Assembly: GCA_045594425.1 (NCBI GenBank)
Contig: JAZNYK010000003.1
Location: 2,929-66,928, forward strand
Direction: 5' to 3'
Length of the DNA stretch: 64,000 nucleotides
Source: Clostridia bacterium
GTDB taxonomy: Bacteria; Bacillota; Clostridia; Christensenellales; UBA1242
A program made the translations under genes and the position numbers. The first letter of the stretch is position 1. Every line of letters begins with the position of its first letter. Below, piece after piece: positions 39,171 through 48,706 of this stretch. The notes under the pieces are model-generated. The model ran no database searches. It saw nothing but the letters and a program-made list of their open reading frames with translations, and had not been told where the DNA came from.

Positions 39171-39440
39171 ATGGAAAGAAAATTTAAGAAAGAATCTTCT
39201 TATGATGATAAAAATCCTAACAAATTCCGTAAAGAATCAAAGAAAGTTTGTGCTTTCTGTGCAGAAAAGAGTGAAGGTATTGACTACAAAAACACTGCAA
39301 AACTCAGAAAGTATATGACAGAAAAAGGTAAAATCATTCCAAGAAGAACAACTGGTGTTTGTGCAAGACATCAAAGAGAACTTACTTCTGCTATTAAAAG
39401 AGCAAGAGTTATGGCTCTTTTACCATACAGAACTTTATAA
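39171..39440 (+). CDS. rpsR: 30S ribosomal protein S18
   Basis: [50 protein letters not shown]. Confidence 0.92.
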   Translation: MERKFKKESSYDDKNPNKFRKESKKVCAFCAEKSEGIDYKNTAKLRKYMTEKGKIIPRRTTGVCARHQRELTSAIKRARVMALLPYRTL

Positions 39441-39490
39441 TTGATTTAAAATCACGCACATTGCTGCGTTACTTCAAAAAATCTAGACAC
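39441..39490 (+). repeat. Intergenic element, copy 1 (31 nt identical to copy 2, similarity extends to about 50 nt)
   Basis: TTGATTTAAAATCACGCACATTGCTGCGTTA, then CTTCAAAAAATCTAGACAC. Contains an ACGCA-CATTGC-TGCGT hairpin. A long-loop hairpin and a T8 run follow (to about 39530). Confidence 0.85.
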
Positions 39491-39616
39491 TCATTTACGC
39501 CAAGTAAAATCGAGCCTAGATTTTTTTTGTGCCTTGCTCTGCACGCAATTTGTAAACCAATTATTTTTTATTTTACTCAATTTATTTGTCGATTATTTGG
39601 TGCGGAGCATATTAAA

Positions 39617-39667
39617 TTGATTTAAAATCACGCACATTGCTGCGTTATATTAAAAATTTCCAGACAC
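39617..39667 (+). repeat. Intergenic element, copy 2
   Basis: The same 31-mer, then TATTAAAAATTTCCAGACAC, followed by a T8 run (to about 39690). Confidence 0.85.
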
Positions 39668-39729
39668 AATTATGCCTGTTTTTTTTGTTGTGAATAATGT
39701 ATAATATAGTATGATTTTTAGATTGTTTA

Positions 39730-39758
39730 TTGACAATAAATCGGCTTGTGGGTATACT
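39730..39758 (+). promoter_or_regulatory. Sigma-70-type promoter of dnaB
   Basis: TTGACA-17 nt-TATACT. Confidence 0.6.
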
Positions 39759-39799
39759 AATGGCTATAAACAAAACTTGTTTTTTATGTGGAGAGACAA

Positions 39800-41422
39800 A
39801 TGGCAGAAAGAAGAAAAACCAAAGAAGAACAAAGAGTTGAAGAAATTAAAAAAGCGCTTGAGAGCGGTGGCAGAATTTTGCCAAACAATTTTGATGCAGA
39901 ACAAGCGGTTTTGGGTTGTGCACTCATTGATTCAGAAGCAGCCCTTACAATTGTTGGAAAACTCGAAGAAATTGATTTTTACAATGACACTCACAGAAAG
40001 ATTTTTGCTGCAATAAAAAGTCTTTATGCTATTTCTGCTCCAATTGATTTTGTAACAGTTTCTGATGAACTTGAAAAGAAGGGTTATATTAATGATGTTG
40101 GTGGAATGGCATATATTTCTTCGCTTTCAAACATTGTTCCTTCTGCCGCAAGTTGCAATCACTATATAAACATTTTAAAACGTGATTCTGTTTTAAGACA
40201 AGTTATCACAGTGTGTGGTGACACCATTGCAAAAGCCTATGAAGATGATTCAAATGAATCAATTTTGGGTTCAGCCGAAAAAGCAATTTTTGAAATTGCT
40301 GAAAAAGGTCAAACAGGTTCGCTCGTAAAAATTGCTGACCCACTCGAATCTGTTGTTAATCGTATTGAAGAAATCCACAAAGACAGTTCTGTTCTCCGTG
40401 GTTTAAAAACTGGATTCTATGCCATAGACAAAGCGACAAACGGTCTTCAAAAAACCGACCTTATTATTTTGGCGGCTCGTCCGGGTGTTGGTAAAACCTC
40501 GCTTGCTATGAACATTGTTTCAAATGCTGCAATCAAACATGGTGCAAAATGTGCAGTATTTTCTCTTGAAATGGGCAAAGAACAACTTGCTCAAAGAATG
40601 TTGTTTTCTGTTGCTAATGTTTCAATGGCAAAAGCACTACGTGGTGAACTCAAAGAATCTGATTGGGTAAAAGTTATGCGTGCGCAAAACACTTTAAAAG
40701 AAGCAGATATCTATATCGATGACAACGCAATGAACACCCCATCACAAGTTCTTTCTAAATGTAGAAAACTTAAAAGAGAAAAAGGTCTTGACCTTATTGT
40801 TATTGACTATCTTGGTTTGATGAAAGCCGATGGCAAAGCCGACAACCGTCAAAACGAAGTTGCAGATATTTCAAGAAACTTAAAACTTCTTGCAAAAGAA
40901 ATTGAAGTTCCAGTTCTTTCGCTTTGTCAGTTAAACCGTTCAGTTGAAACCCGTGATGAAGGCGGAAAGCCAGCAAAACCAGTTCTTTCAGACCTTCGTG
41001 ACTCTGGTTCTATCGAACAAGACGCCGATATGGTTTGGTTTATTCATAGAGATATGACTGCAAAAGAAATTTCTGAACAACAAAACGGAAACTATCGTGC
41101 AGAACTTATTATTGCAAAATTCAGAAACGGTCAGCCAGGAAGTGTGTTCCTTGGTTGGGATGGTTCAAGAACAAGTTTTGTAAACCTTGAATCAGACGCC
41201 AATGAACAAAGCATTGTTGCACAGTTTGAAAAAAATGAAGATGCAAAACGCATGAAAAAAGGTTCAACCGTTGAAGATATAAAAAATGCAGTTGCAAACA
41301 TTGTGAACGAAATTGAAACAACCGATTATTCAAATCTTGTTCCACCTCCAGAAATGGAATCAGAAATGCCACCAATCGATTTTAGTGACGTTTCAATTCC
41401 ATCAGATGACGAACTATTTTAA
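39800..41422 (+). CDS. dnaB: Replicative DNA helicase
   Basis: PNNFDAEQAVLGCAL N-domain, Walker A AARPGVGKTS, Walker B LIVIDYLGLM. Start moved to ATG 39800, which follows GGAGAG. Confidence 0.92.
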   Translation: MAERRKTKEEQRVEEIKKALESGGRILPNNFDAEQAVLGCALIDSEAALTIVGKLEEIDFYNDTHRKIFAAIKSLYAISAPIDFVTVSDELEKKGYINDVGGMAYISSLSNIVPSAASCNHYINILKRDSVLRQVITVCGDTIAKAYEDDSNESILGSAEKAIFEIAEKGQTGSLVKIADPLESVVNRIEEIHKDSSVLRGLKTGFYAIDKATNGLQKTDLIILAARPGVGKTSLAMNIVSNAAIKHGAKCAVFSLEMGKEQLAQRMLFSVANVSMAKALRGELKESDWVKVMRAQNTLKEADIYIDDNAMNTPSQVLSKCRKLKREKGLDLIVIDYLGLMKADGKADNRQNEVADISRNLKLLAKEIEVPVLSLCQLNRSVETRDEGGKPAKPVLSDLRDSGSIEQDADMVWFIHRDMTAKEISEQQNGNYRAELIIAKFRNGQPGSVFLGWDGSRTSFVNLESDANEQSIVAQFEKNEDAKRMKKGSTVEDIKNAVANIVNEIETTDYSNLVPPPEMESEMPPIDFSDVSIPSDDELF

Positions 41423-41440
41423 TATAAAGGAAAAACCATT

Positions 41441-42550
41441 ATGAAATATTATTCAAAGTCAAGTCACAAAGGTTTTACACCAGAAGGCACCGATAGCGTG
41501 GGTGAAGCACACACCATTGTTGCAAAAAAAGTTGGTGGCAAAAACTATGAAGTTGAGCCAACTGAAAATGGTTTTGTTGTGGTTAACAAAAAACTAAAAA
41601 AACAACTTGGCATTTTTGAATGTATTGATTATGAAAAAAACAAACAGTCATTTATTGCGAGAAATGGAAAAACATCTTTGGTTTGTGAAATTGCAACAGG
41701 CAGAGTGTTTGCGACAAAAAACACAACAACTTTTGGTGTGATTATTTTAGATAATGGTCAAATGTATCAACTAAAAGGCACTGGTGCAGTTGGTGAAAGT
41801 CCGCTTTCTGAAACTGCATATCTTGATGATGACGGCTATGCAATCTTTTCCGGCGGAAATCTTTTCACTCGTGGAACTCAAGGTGAACTTAACATGATGG
41901 ACCCTATCACCAATGAATATTTAATCAAGTGCATTTCAGATGACCCTAATGCAAAAGTTGAAAAACTTTCAGTAAATGGTCAAGACTCAGATTTCTTTTT
42001 GATTTCTGACAAAGATGAAAAAGCAATTTTTATTCCACCACAACAACAATCAATTGAAGAAAGTGTTGGTGAAATCTACAAAGTTGGCGCAGGTCAAGAA
42101 ATTTCAGTTGCGTCTAGCGGAAAAAACAAGTTTGACATTGTGTGTTATGATCCAAATGTTGATGCCACAAAGGTTATGCTTAACCGCAAAGGTAAAACCA
42201 AAATTGTTGAAATTGACGGCAAACTTGTAAGAATTGAAGATGACGGCTATGGAAACATCAAAATTTATAGCACTGGTGTTCAAAACATGGGTTCAGTGAT
42301 GGATGTGTTAATGCCAGTTGATGAACCTGCCGCTGTTGTTGAAGAAACAGTTTCCGTTGAAGAACCTGAAACTAGAAAAGAATATGACGATGAACGTTTG
42401 GCACTCGCCGAAGCACTTATTCAAGAAGAGCGTGCAAAACAAGAAGCCGAACAACGTGTTAGAGAAGAAATTCAAAGGGCGAGGGAAGCAGAACTTGAAA
42501 AACAACAAGCCCAAAGGCAAAAATCTCAACAATCACAAAGAACATTTTAA
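41441..42550 (+). CDS. Hypothetical protein: beta-rich body with a charged C-terminal coiled-coil tail
   Basis: Sits 18 nt after dnaB with SD AAAGGAAAAA. Tail reads EERAKQEAEQRVREEIQRAREAELEKQQAQRQKSQQSQ. Confidence 0.6.
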   Translation: MKYYSKSSHKGFTPEGTDSVGEAHTIVAKKVGGKNYEVEPTENGFVVVNKKLKKQLGIFECIDYEKNKQSFIARNGKTSLVCEIATGRVFATKNTTTFGVIILDNGQMYQLKGTGAVGESPLSETAYLDDDGYAIFSGGNLFTRGTQGELNMMDPITNEYLIKCISDDPNAKVEKLSVNGQDSDFFLISDKDEKAIFIPPQQQSIEESVGEIYKVGAGQEISVASSGKNKFDIVCYDPNVDATKVMLNRKGKTKIVEIDGKLVRIEDDGYGNIKIYSTGVQNMGSVMDVLMPVDEPAAVVEETVSVEEPETRKEYDDERLALAEALIQEERAKQEAEQRVREEIQRAREAELEKQQAQRQKSQQSQRTF

Positions 42551-42555
42551 AAATA

Positions 42556-42587
42556 AGGACAAGTTAAAAATAACTTGTCTTTTTTAT
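42556..42587 (+). terminator. Rho-independent terminator
   Basis: GACAAGTTA-AAAA-TAACTTGTC followed by TTTTTT. Confidence 0.8.
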
Positions 42588-42661
42588 TGCACTCATGCAA
42601 ACAAAGTTGTTTGACAATGAAAAGTGGATTGTTTATACTTAAAATGTATAGGTGGTGAAAA

Positions 42662-44290
42662 ATGGCAAAAAGATTTGTAACAATATTTTTCATTGTGCTT
42701 GGTATATCAATGTTTTTGGTTACCGGTTATTTTTTGGTGCTTTTGTTGGCGCCAGGATTTGAAGCGTTCGGATTAAAATACATCCACAAAGGCGCAAGAA
42801 AATATGATAGTGGAAAAGTCTTAATATTAGATGAAATGACGGACCTTGGCTACACTTCTTTTTCTGGTTCAATAATTTTGAATGTTGAAGAAGTGCCTGT
42901 TTATGTTGAGTTCACTGAAGGCTATGGCTATTATGTTCGTTATCATGAAGATTATAGTGGATTCACTAGAACTGATATAGATTTTCCTTCAATCAATTTT
43001 GAAAGAGATAATCTTGGCAATGCAGTAATTAGTGTTCAAGGCTTTGAAAAGTGGCTTTGGAAAAATGACAACACAGAAAGATACATTAAATTATACATTC
43101 CTTTGATGGCAGTTTCTGGTTCAAATGCAAACACAACAGACCTCAAAATTATAAGTGAAACATCAGACATTAGTTTCAGCAACGGTTTTGAACATGAAGA
43201 TTTAAGAGTTCCAACTTTTGACGAAGTTGAGTTTGAAACAAATGGTGAAATTGTTTATAACACACTTGTTCGTGCAAAAACTTTAAAACACACAACAAAC
43301 AGTTCTATTATTGTTGATAAAGATTTCAAAAAATCTTTAAATGCAACAAACTATATCTTAAACAGCAAAAACGGCAGAATCAACATCGAAGTTCCTGTGG
43401 CAGGAGATGTTACTGCAACAACAAAAATTTACGATATCAAACTTATTTCTTGCAGAAATTTAAATGTAACCACCGAAGACGGTGATATTAAGTGTTTTGA
43501 TAAAGATTCAACAATCCAAGTTTCTGGCACGGTTAACATCAATTCAAAAACAGGAAGTGTTGAACTTGGAAAAGTTTTAGGAACTGCCGAAAATAACATT
43601 TCAACAACTTCAGGAAACGTAACAATTGAAAAAATTAATAATGGAAGCGTAACAACAAAACGTGGTTCTGTTAGAATTACATCAGTTAACAATTTAAAAA
43701 TTGACACCAACATGGGCAAAGTTTATGTTGAAGAAGCACTTTCAAAAGTAAACATTTCAACAAAACGCGGAAACGTTGTTTTGGGTGGTAACAACATGAC
43801 TGTTAACAATCCAACAGTTTTCACAAGGCTTGGCAAAGTTACAATTGATTCTGCATCACAAAAAGTTAATGTTGAAACAATTTATAGTGACGTTACATTC
43901 ACAAATAAAGATAGTGCAGATGTAACCATTATTTCAGGTGGTGAACTTGTTGCAAAAGGTTTAACAGGAAAGGTTAATCTCAAATCAAATGGTGACACAA
44001 ATCTAGAGTTCACAAAAATCACTCACGAATCTGTTTTGGAAGTTGGTAACGATGCTAAAACTGTTGTTATTAAAGCAGTTGAAAATGCTAAAGGTGACAC
44101 ACGTTATATCTTGCAAGGCAAAATGGTAACTAGATTCGAAGATAACGACAACGGCACTGGCACATTCAGCAAGGTTGAGTCAAGCACAAACATCACAAAC
44201 AAACTCAACGGAACTGAACCACTTTTAAAAGTTACAGCATCAAGTGCGGATGTTTCTCTTTACATGAAGGCTGAATTCACAGAAGATTAA
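42662..44290 (+). CDS. N-terminally membrane-anchored beta-helix repeat protein (DUF4097 / putative-adhesin-like)
   Basis: N-terminal TM segment FVTIFFIVLGISMFLVTGYFLVLLLA. Reiterated 17-20-aa units of the form xTxxGxVxI (TTSGNVTIEKI, TKRGSVRITSV, NMGKVYVEE, TKRGNVVLG, RLGKVTIDS). Confidence 0.65.
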   Translation: MAKRFVTIFFIVLGISMFLVTGYFLVLLLAPGFEAFGLKYIHKGARKYDSGKVLILDEMTDLGYTSFSGSIILNVEEVPVYVEFTEGYGYYVRYHEDYSGFTRTDIDFPSINFERDNLGNAVISVQGFEKWLWKNDNTERYIKLYIPLMAVSGSNANTTDLKIISETSDISFSNGFEHEDLRVPTFDEVEFETNGEIVYNTLVRAKTLKHTTNSSIIVDKDFKKSLNATNYILNSKNGRINIEVPVAGDVTATTKIYDIKLISCRNLNVTTEDGDIKCFDKDSTIQVSGTVNINSKTGSVELGKVLGTAENNISTTSGNVTIEKINNGSVTTKRGSVRITSVNNLKIDTNMGKVYVEEALSKVNISTKRGNVVLGGNNMTVNNPTVFTRLGKVTIDSASQKVNVETIYSDVTFTNKDSADVTIISGGELVAKGLTGKVNLKSNGDTNLEFTKITHESVLEVGNDAKTVVIKAVENAKGDTRYILQGKMVTRFEDNDNGTGTFSKVESSTNITNKLNGTEPLLKVTASSADVSLYMKAEFTED

Positions 44291-44308
44291 TTTAAAATAA
44301 AAAACAAA

Positions 44309-44340
44309 AACACCAAGAAAAACCTCTTGGTGTTTTTTTA
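44309..44340 (+). terminator. Rho-independent terminator
   Basis: CACCAAGA...TCTTGGTG followed by TTTTTTT. Confidence 0.8.
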
Positions 44341-44590
44341 ACCTTTTCTATTTTACATGAAAGCAATAAAAATAAAAGGCTTTATAAAAAAGAGTTATAA
44401 TTAATCGTATTTTTTAAGTATTTTTTAGGTATTTATTTTGGCAAGAGGTATTTACAAAACCCTAAAAAAATGCTATCATAAATTAACAATAAATTTCTGG
44501 TATAAAAATATTGCTCAATTTATTGGACTTTTGAGTTTATTGGTGATAAAATCATGATAGGTTATTATAATTTTAGTGTGAGGTAACACA

Positions 44591-44929
44591 ATGAAAAGAT
44601 ACATTTATCCAATGGTTTTATTTACAGATGAAAACGACTTGTATACCGCGCTTTATCCAGACTTGAACTTACTTGCTTCTGGTTTTTCAATTGAAGACGT
44701 TTATTCAAGAGCAAATGACTATTTGGGTTTCTATTTAACATCAGCATTAAAATATGATGCAAAAATTGCACAAATGTCAACTTACTCAGAAATTCAAGCA
44801 CTCAACCCACAAAAGATTGTTCTTTTAGGTTGTGCCGAAGTTGATGATGATTCAATTGTTTTAACTGAACAAGAACAAGCAGAAAGAAATTTCTTGAGAG
44901 AATTTGTATTCACAGAGGAGGATAACTAA
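44591..44929 (+). CDS. HicB-like (UPF0150-type) domain protein
   Basis: YIYPMVLFTDENDLYTALYPDLNLLASGFSIEDVYSRANDYLGFYL matches the HicB N-domain pattern (Y.a....e.g.y.a..Pdl.g....G.t.eEa...a.eal). Confidence 0.5.
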   Translation: MKRYIYPMVLFTDENDLYTALYPDLNLLASGFSIEDVYSRANDYLGFYLTSALKYDAKIAQMSTYSEIQALNPQKIVLLGCAEVDDDSIVLTEQEQAERNFLREFVFTEEDN

Positions 44930-44931
44930 TC

Positions 44932-45096
44932 ATGAGCGATTCAATTTTAAATAAGGGATTTTTTAATGACGAAGCAGTTCCTGCTTCAGTTAAGTTGGGC
45001 TTGGTTGCGTTGCTTTTAAATGGAACTTATGATACATATAAACGTGGAAACGGAAATATTACCAACTATGTGATTAACGTTAAGGGAGGTAAGTAA
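44932..45096 (+). CDS. Small protein (54 aa), below the ORF-track cutoff
   Basis: ATG lies 2 nt after the upstream stop and follows GAGGAGG. Its stop overlaps the next ATG (TAATG). MSDSILNKGFFNDEAVPASVKLGLVALLLNGTYDTYKRGNGNITNYVINVKGGK. Confidence 0.5.
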   Translation: MSDSILNKGFFNDEAVPASVKLGLVALLLNGTYDTYKRGNGNITNYVINVKGGK

Positions 45097-45482
45097 TGGC
45101 AAATAATATCGTTACTATCGTTGGCGAGCCAGGAAACTCTAGTGCAGCCGGCAACAATCTTATTTCTGCGCTTGCAAATATGCTTTCAAGCAGTGGCTTT
45201 GCCGTGCAACCAATTCTTGATGGTGCTGTAAATGACTCAACTGTTGCAGAGGCTTCAAGAAAAGAAATTTTGTCAAGATATAATGTTAATCAAACAGCAT
45301 TGGCAGGTCTTGCTGATGGTATTCGCAACAAATGTTCACTTTTTATTGAAAATGAGTTTCATGCGGGTTCAATTACTGTTGAACAAAAGAAAGCAGCAGA
45401 AGAATTTATTGAAAACTATTTTCAATCTTTGAAAGAAGCGGATAAAAAAAAACAAATAACGGAGCAAGTAGCGAAAGCGTAG
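45096..45482 (+). CDS. Hypothetical protein (128 aa)
   Basis: Translationally coupled (TAATG), SD AAGGGAGG upstream. Confidence 0.6.
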   Translation: MANNIVTIVGEPGNSSAAGNNLISALANMLSSSGFAVQPILDGAVNDSTVAEASRKEILSRYNVNQTALAGLADGIRNKCSLFIENEFHAGSITVEQKKAAEEFIENYFQSLKEADKKKQITEQVAKA

Positions 45483-45523
45483 ACTCTGAAAACAAATAAA
45501 ATTCTTAAAGTAAGGAGTGTTTT

Positions 45524-46051
45524 GTGGCTAAAATTGATTTGCATAAACTTGCTTTAACAGTTGGTTTTGAGGTTGTTTGTGTTGACGATGACTACACAAA
45601 CTATGAATATATGATTAGACTTCGTGATATCGAAAGTATGTCTTATATTTTGAAAATTAAAAACGAAATTGCATACTCAGATGTTGATAACATCTTGCAA
45701 TCAATTGTTATTGTTTTGCCAAGAGGCTTAAGAAGCAAGGTTAAAAAATTGGCACGCAAAAAAGATGAAAAAAATATAGAAAACATCATCGATTTGCTTT
45801 GCTACACAATTTCAGAATATAAAAGCAAAACAAAATATAGTCTTCTCAAAGAATACGCCGACCATGTTGGTGTTGACATTGAAAAACATGGCTATTATTT
45901 TGTTTATAATATGTCAAAAAGCACTTATACAAAAATTTTGTCGTTAATCGAAAGTAAACTTCCGGTTGACCAAGCACCAGTTATTGGAAAAATGCGCAAA
46001 ATTGAATATAAAATCGGTTACGTTAAACAAAACAAAAAGGTGGAGATTTAG
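45524..46051 (+). CDS. Hypothetical protein (175 aa), possible HicB-like N-domain plus ribbon-helix-helix-like segment
   Basis: GTG start follows TAAGGAG. IVLPRGLRSKVKKLARKKDEKNIENIIDLL resembles a strand-helix-helix (RHH) unit. Weak call. Confidence 0.5.
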   Translation: MAKIDLHKLALTVGFEVVCVDDDYTNYEYMIRLRDIESMSYILKIKNEIAYSDVDNILQSIVIVLPRGLRSKVKKLARKKDEKNIENIIDLLCYTISEYKSKTKYSLLKEYADHVGVDIEKHGYYFVYNMSKSTYTKILSLIESKLPVDQAPVIGKMRKIEYKIGYVKQNKKVEI

Positions 46052-46076
46052 TTCTCCGCTTTTTATTTTGCAAATT
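46052..46076 (+). terminator. Weak terminator hairpin ending the four-gene operon
   Basis: GGAGA-TTTAGT-TCTCC followed by GCTTTTTATTTT. Confidence 0.45.
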
Positions 46077-46143
46077 AAAATAGTTTATCTATTGTTTTGA
46101 CATTATTTTAAAATTATTTTATAATTTTGTTAGGAGTGATAGT

Positions 46144-46761
46144 ATGAAAACAGTTACTGATTTTTATAACAAAACAGCCACAGGCTGGTCTGACGAATGG
46201 TTTAAAGAAAAAAAACAAAGCATGGTTTTAGAAAAATTCTATGGTTGCTTTGCGGGTGGTGGAACAAATCATCCAAAAATTTTGGACCTTGGTTGTGGTG
46301 CTGGATATGATGCAAAAGTTATGTCTAGAAAAGGTGCAAGAGTTGTTGGTGTTGATATTAGTGAAAAACTAGTTGGCATTGCAAAAAAAGAAGTCCCTGC
46401 TTGCAAATTTTTTGTTGGCGACATAACCGAACCTCTTGACAGACTTGGCAGGTTTGATGGTGTTGCTTGTCTTGCCACAATCATGCACGTAGATATTCAA
46501 AAAATGAGAAAAACCTTTGAAAATATGTCAAATGTTTTAAGAAAAGGTGGTCTTTTGCTTGTGTCTTCTTATGACGGCGTTGGTAAAAACTATGAAAAAA
46601 GTTATGTGTCTATTGACGGCGTAACTTATGACAAGTCAATCAGCAACTACAGTGCGTCAGAACTTTGCGCATTTGCATATCCTTCACTCAAACTTGTTGA
46701 CACATGGCGTTTTGATGACTTTTTAGAAGGTTGGCGCTATTATGTGTTCATGAAACAATAA
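46144..46761 (+). CDS. Class I SAM-dependent methyltransferase (small-molecule type)
   Basis: Motif I ILDLGCGAGYD, then VVGVDISEKLV. No DPPY/NPPY DNA-methyltransferase motif. Confidence 0.8.
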   Translation: MKTVTDFYNKTATGWSDEWFKEKKQSMVLEKFYGCFAGGGTNHPKILDLGCGAGYDAKVMSRKGARVVGVDISEKLVGIAKKEVPACKFFVGDITEPLDRLGRFDGVACLATIMHVDIQKMRKTFENMSNVLRKGGLLLVSSYDGVGKNYEKSYVSIDGVTYDKSISNYSASELCAFAYPSLKLVDTWRFDDFLEGWRYYVFMKQ

Positions 46762-46767
46762 ATTATC

Positions 46768-46800
46768 ATAAACCATACGCAAAGTATGGTTTATTTATTA
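46768..46800 (+). terminator. Rho-independent terminator
   Basis: AAACCATAC-GCAAA-GTATGGTTT followed by a T-rich tract. Confidence 0.75.
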
Positions 46801-46822
46801 ATCACAAAACAACAGGATTTTT

Positions 46823-47458
46823 ATGGAACATTTTAATGAATTTGAAAACTATGGCTTTAGTTCCATAGTGGCATATACGGGCAAAGACATAACAGAAGCA
46901 ATGATTAAAAAATGCTTTGAAATCGACAGAGATTTTTATGAAAAAGAATTTTCAATTGAAGATTCTGAAATTAAAGAAATTATTGCAAAATTTGGTCAAA
47001 TGTGTTTGGTTTTGGTCGACAAAGAAGATAATCAGGTTATTGGTTATAGTTACTGGATTCCAATAAAACCAGAAATATTTATAGATTTTATGAAAAATAG
47101 TGAACTTTTATTAAATTTAAAAGTTGATTATTGTGCTAGTTTTGAAGAACCTGAAGTTAACTTGTTTCAAGAAGGCGAGGCTTTTGTTATGGGCTATGAT
47201 GTAAGGAGTCTTCATAGAGCAATAAGAGATATTGTTCAACTTAAAATTTTAAAACTTGCACAGCGTGGAACAAAAATTAATTGTATTGCGCTTGAATCAG
47301 TGTGTCAGTATGATGAAGAGTTTTTTGTGCCTAGCATTGGGCTTAAAAAGAAATTTAAGAAAAATAATTCAATTTTTTATTGTGACAAATATTCGCCAAA
47401 AACAATGTTTTTAGGTTCAAAATATTCAAAGTCCCTTTTAGAATATTACAAAGATTAA
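46823..47458 (+). CDS. Hypothetical protein (211 aa), possibly a degenerate GNAT-like fold
   Basis: CLVLVDKEDNQVIGYSYWIPI resembles GNAT beta-4, but the canonical acetyl-CoA loop is absent. The functional call is weak. Confidence 0.55.
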   Translation: MEHFNEFENYGFSSIVAYTGKDITEAMIKKCFEIDRDFYEKEFSIEDSEIKEIIAKFGQMCLVLVDKEDNQVIGYSYWIPIKPEIFIDFMKNSELLLNLKVDYCASFEEPEVNLFQEGEAFVMGYDVRSLHRAIRDIVQLKILKLAQRGTKINCIALESVCQYDEEFFVPSIGLKKKFKKNNSIFYCDKYSPKTMFLGSKYSKSLLEYYKD

Positions 47459-47470
47459 GGAGAAGATAAT

Positions 47471-48706
47471 ATGTATAATAGAAATTTAATTGAAAGATTA
47501 AAACAAGGAGCAACTGAAATAACTATGCCAGGGGCTACACCTGAACAAATTGCACAAAGACTTGATTCGGAGGCTAGACTTGGACATAATGTGTATACAG
47601 TTGTTAGAACAACAAGTAATAATAGAGAACATTCATATTCATTATATTCATTAAATTCACCAGAAGAAAATTTGGCTAAATTAAAAGTAATGCAAAAAAT
47701 GGCAAGTGCAAAAAAATCGTTTGCTATTGCGGTTGCTTCTCCGGTTATGGAAACAATGGCATCAGATATTATTAATGGCGATGATTTTGATAAAATTAAA
47801 GAGTTGGATAATCTTTTTTCATTTGCAGAACTGATAGAAAAAAATCCTGAAGAAGCAAAAATGAGGTATGCTGCATTGCCTGGCACGCAAGAAGAAAAAT
47901 TGAAAAAATATGGCAGAGTATTAATTGGTGCCAAAAATGGCAGAGCACTTTTTGATACTATAGTTGCTGGTTTAGATGATAAAACAAAAGCATCAATACA
48001 ATTAAAATGCAAACAAGCAGAAGGGTATTTTTCACTCGCAGCAAAACATGCTAATGACAGCGAAAAATGTGCAGAATTAAAAGAAACAATGCTTCCAATT
48101 TGGGAAGATAAAGTAAAAAAACATTATTTATGTGATAGACATGCTCAGGGTATGATAGAGTCACTTAAAAGAGGATTGGACAAAGGTTCTCTTGACTATG
48201 TTATGGAAATAGTTGGTTCATTAGAAATTATGGACCTTGCTGACACTGCAAGCCCTGAACAATTAGGAGAAAAACTTAGAGAAACATTTAAAGAAAGAGA
48301 GCCTGCAAGTATGGTATTTTTGCAATCAGACAAGGCTTATGTAATGATAGATGTTTTGGCTGAAAACTTTAAAAAAGAAAGAAGTGCACGTTATAGTGAT
48401 ATTTTATCTCCTGAACAAATAGAACAAGATGTTGCAAGATATAAAGAATCATTGATTTCTGATTTTGAGAGTGTTGAGTTTGAGTTTATATGCCAAGAAT
48501 CTAAAAAAGATGGTAATGAATATAACAATGAAATGATTTCGGAAAAAACAGCAGCCAGGTTAAACGCAATGAGAAACAGACCAAAAGAAAAGGCTGTGGT
48601 TTCAAACTTTAAAAAGAAGCCTGTTGGAAGTAATGATTTAGAATCTATACTTAATGGCAATGATTCAAGTAAAGGTAAATCTACAGCATTAAAAATGGGT
48701 AATTAA
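47471..48706 (+). CDS. Hypothetical protein (411 aa, predicted helical)
   Basis: SD AAGGAGAAG overlaps the upstream stop, so the two genes look like an operon. No recognisable motif. Confidence 0.6.
   Translation: MYNRNLIERLKQGATEITMPGATPEQIAQRLDSEARLGHNVYTVVRTTSNNREHSYSLYSLNSPEENLAKLKVMQKMASAKKSFAIAVASPVMETMASDIINGDDFDKIKELDNLFSFAELIEKNPEEAKMRYAALPGTQEEKLKKYGRVLIGAKNGRALFDTIVAGLDDKTKASIQLKCKQAEGYFSLAAKHANDSEKCAELKETMLPIWEDKVKKHYLCDRHAQGMIESLKRGLDKGSLDYVMEIVGSLEIMDLADTASPEQLGEKLRETFKEREPASMVFLQSDKAYVMIDVLAENFKKERSARYSDILSPEQIEQDVARYKESLISDFESVEFEFICQESKKDGNEYNNEMISEKTAARLNAMRNRPKEKAVVSNFKKKPVGSNDLESILNGNDSSKGKSTALKMGN

Noticed and set aside
39711-40016. 101-aa ORF overlapping the dnaB promoter and 5' end
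   Set aside because: It is in a different frame from dnaB, spans the TTGACA/TATACT promoter, and has no SD.
47455-48012. 185-aa minus-strand ORF in the track
   Set aside because: It lies entirely antisense to the 5' part of the 47471..48706 gene, has no SD, and has an Ser/Phe/Ile-rich composition typical of the antisense frame of an AT-rich gene.
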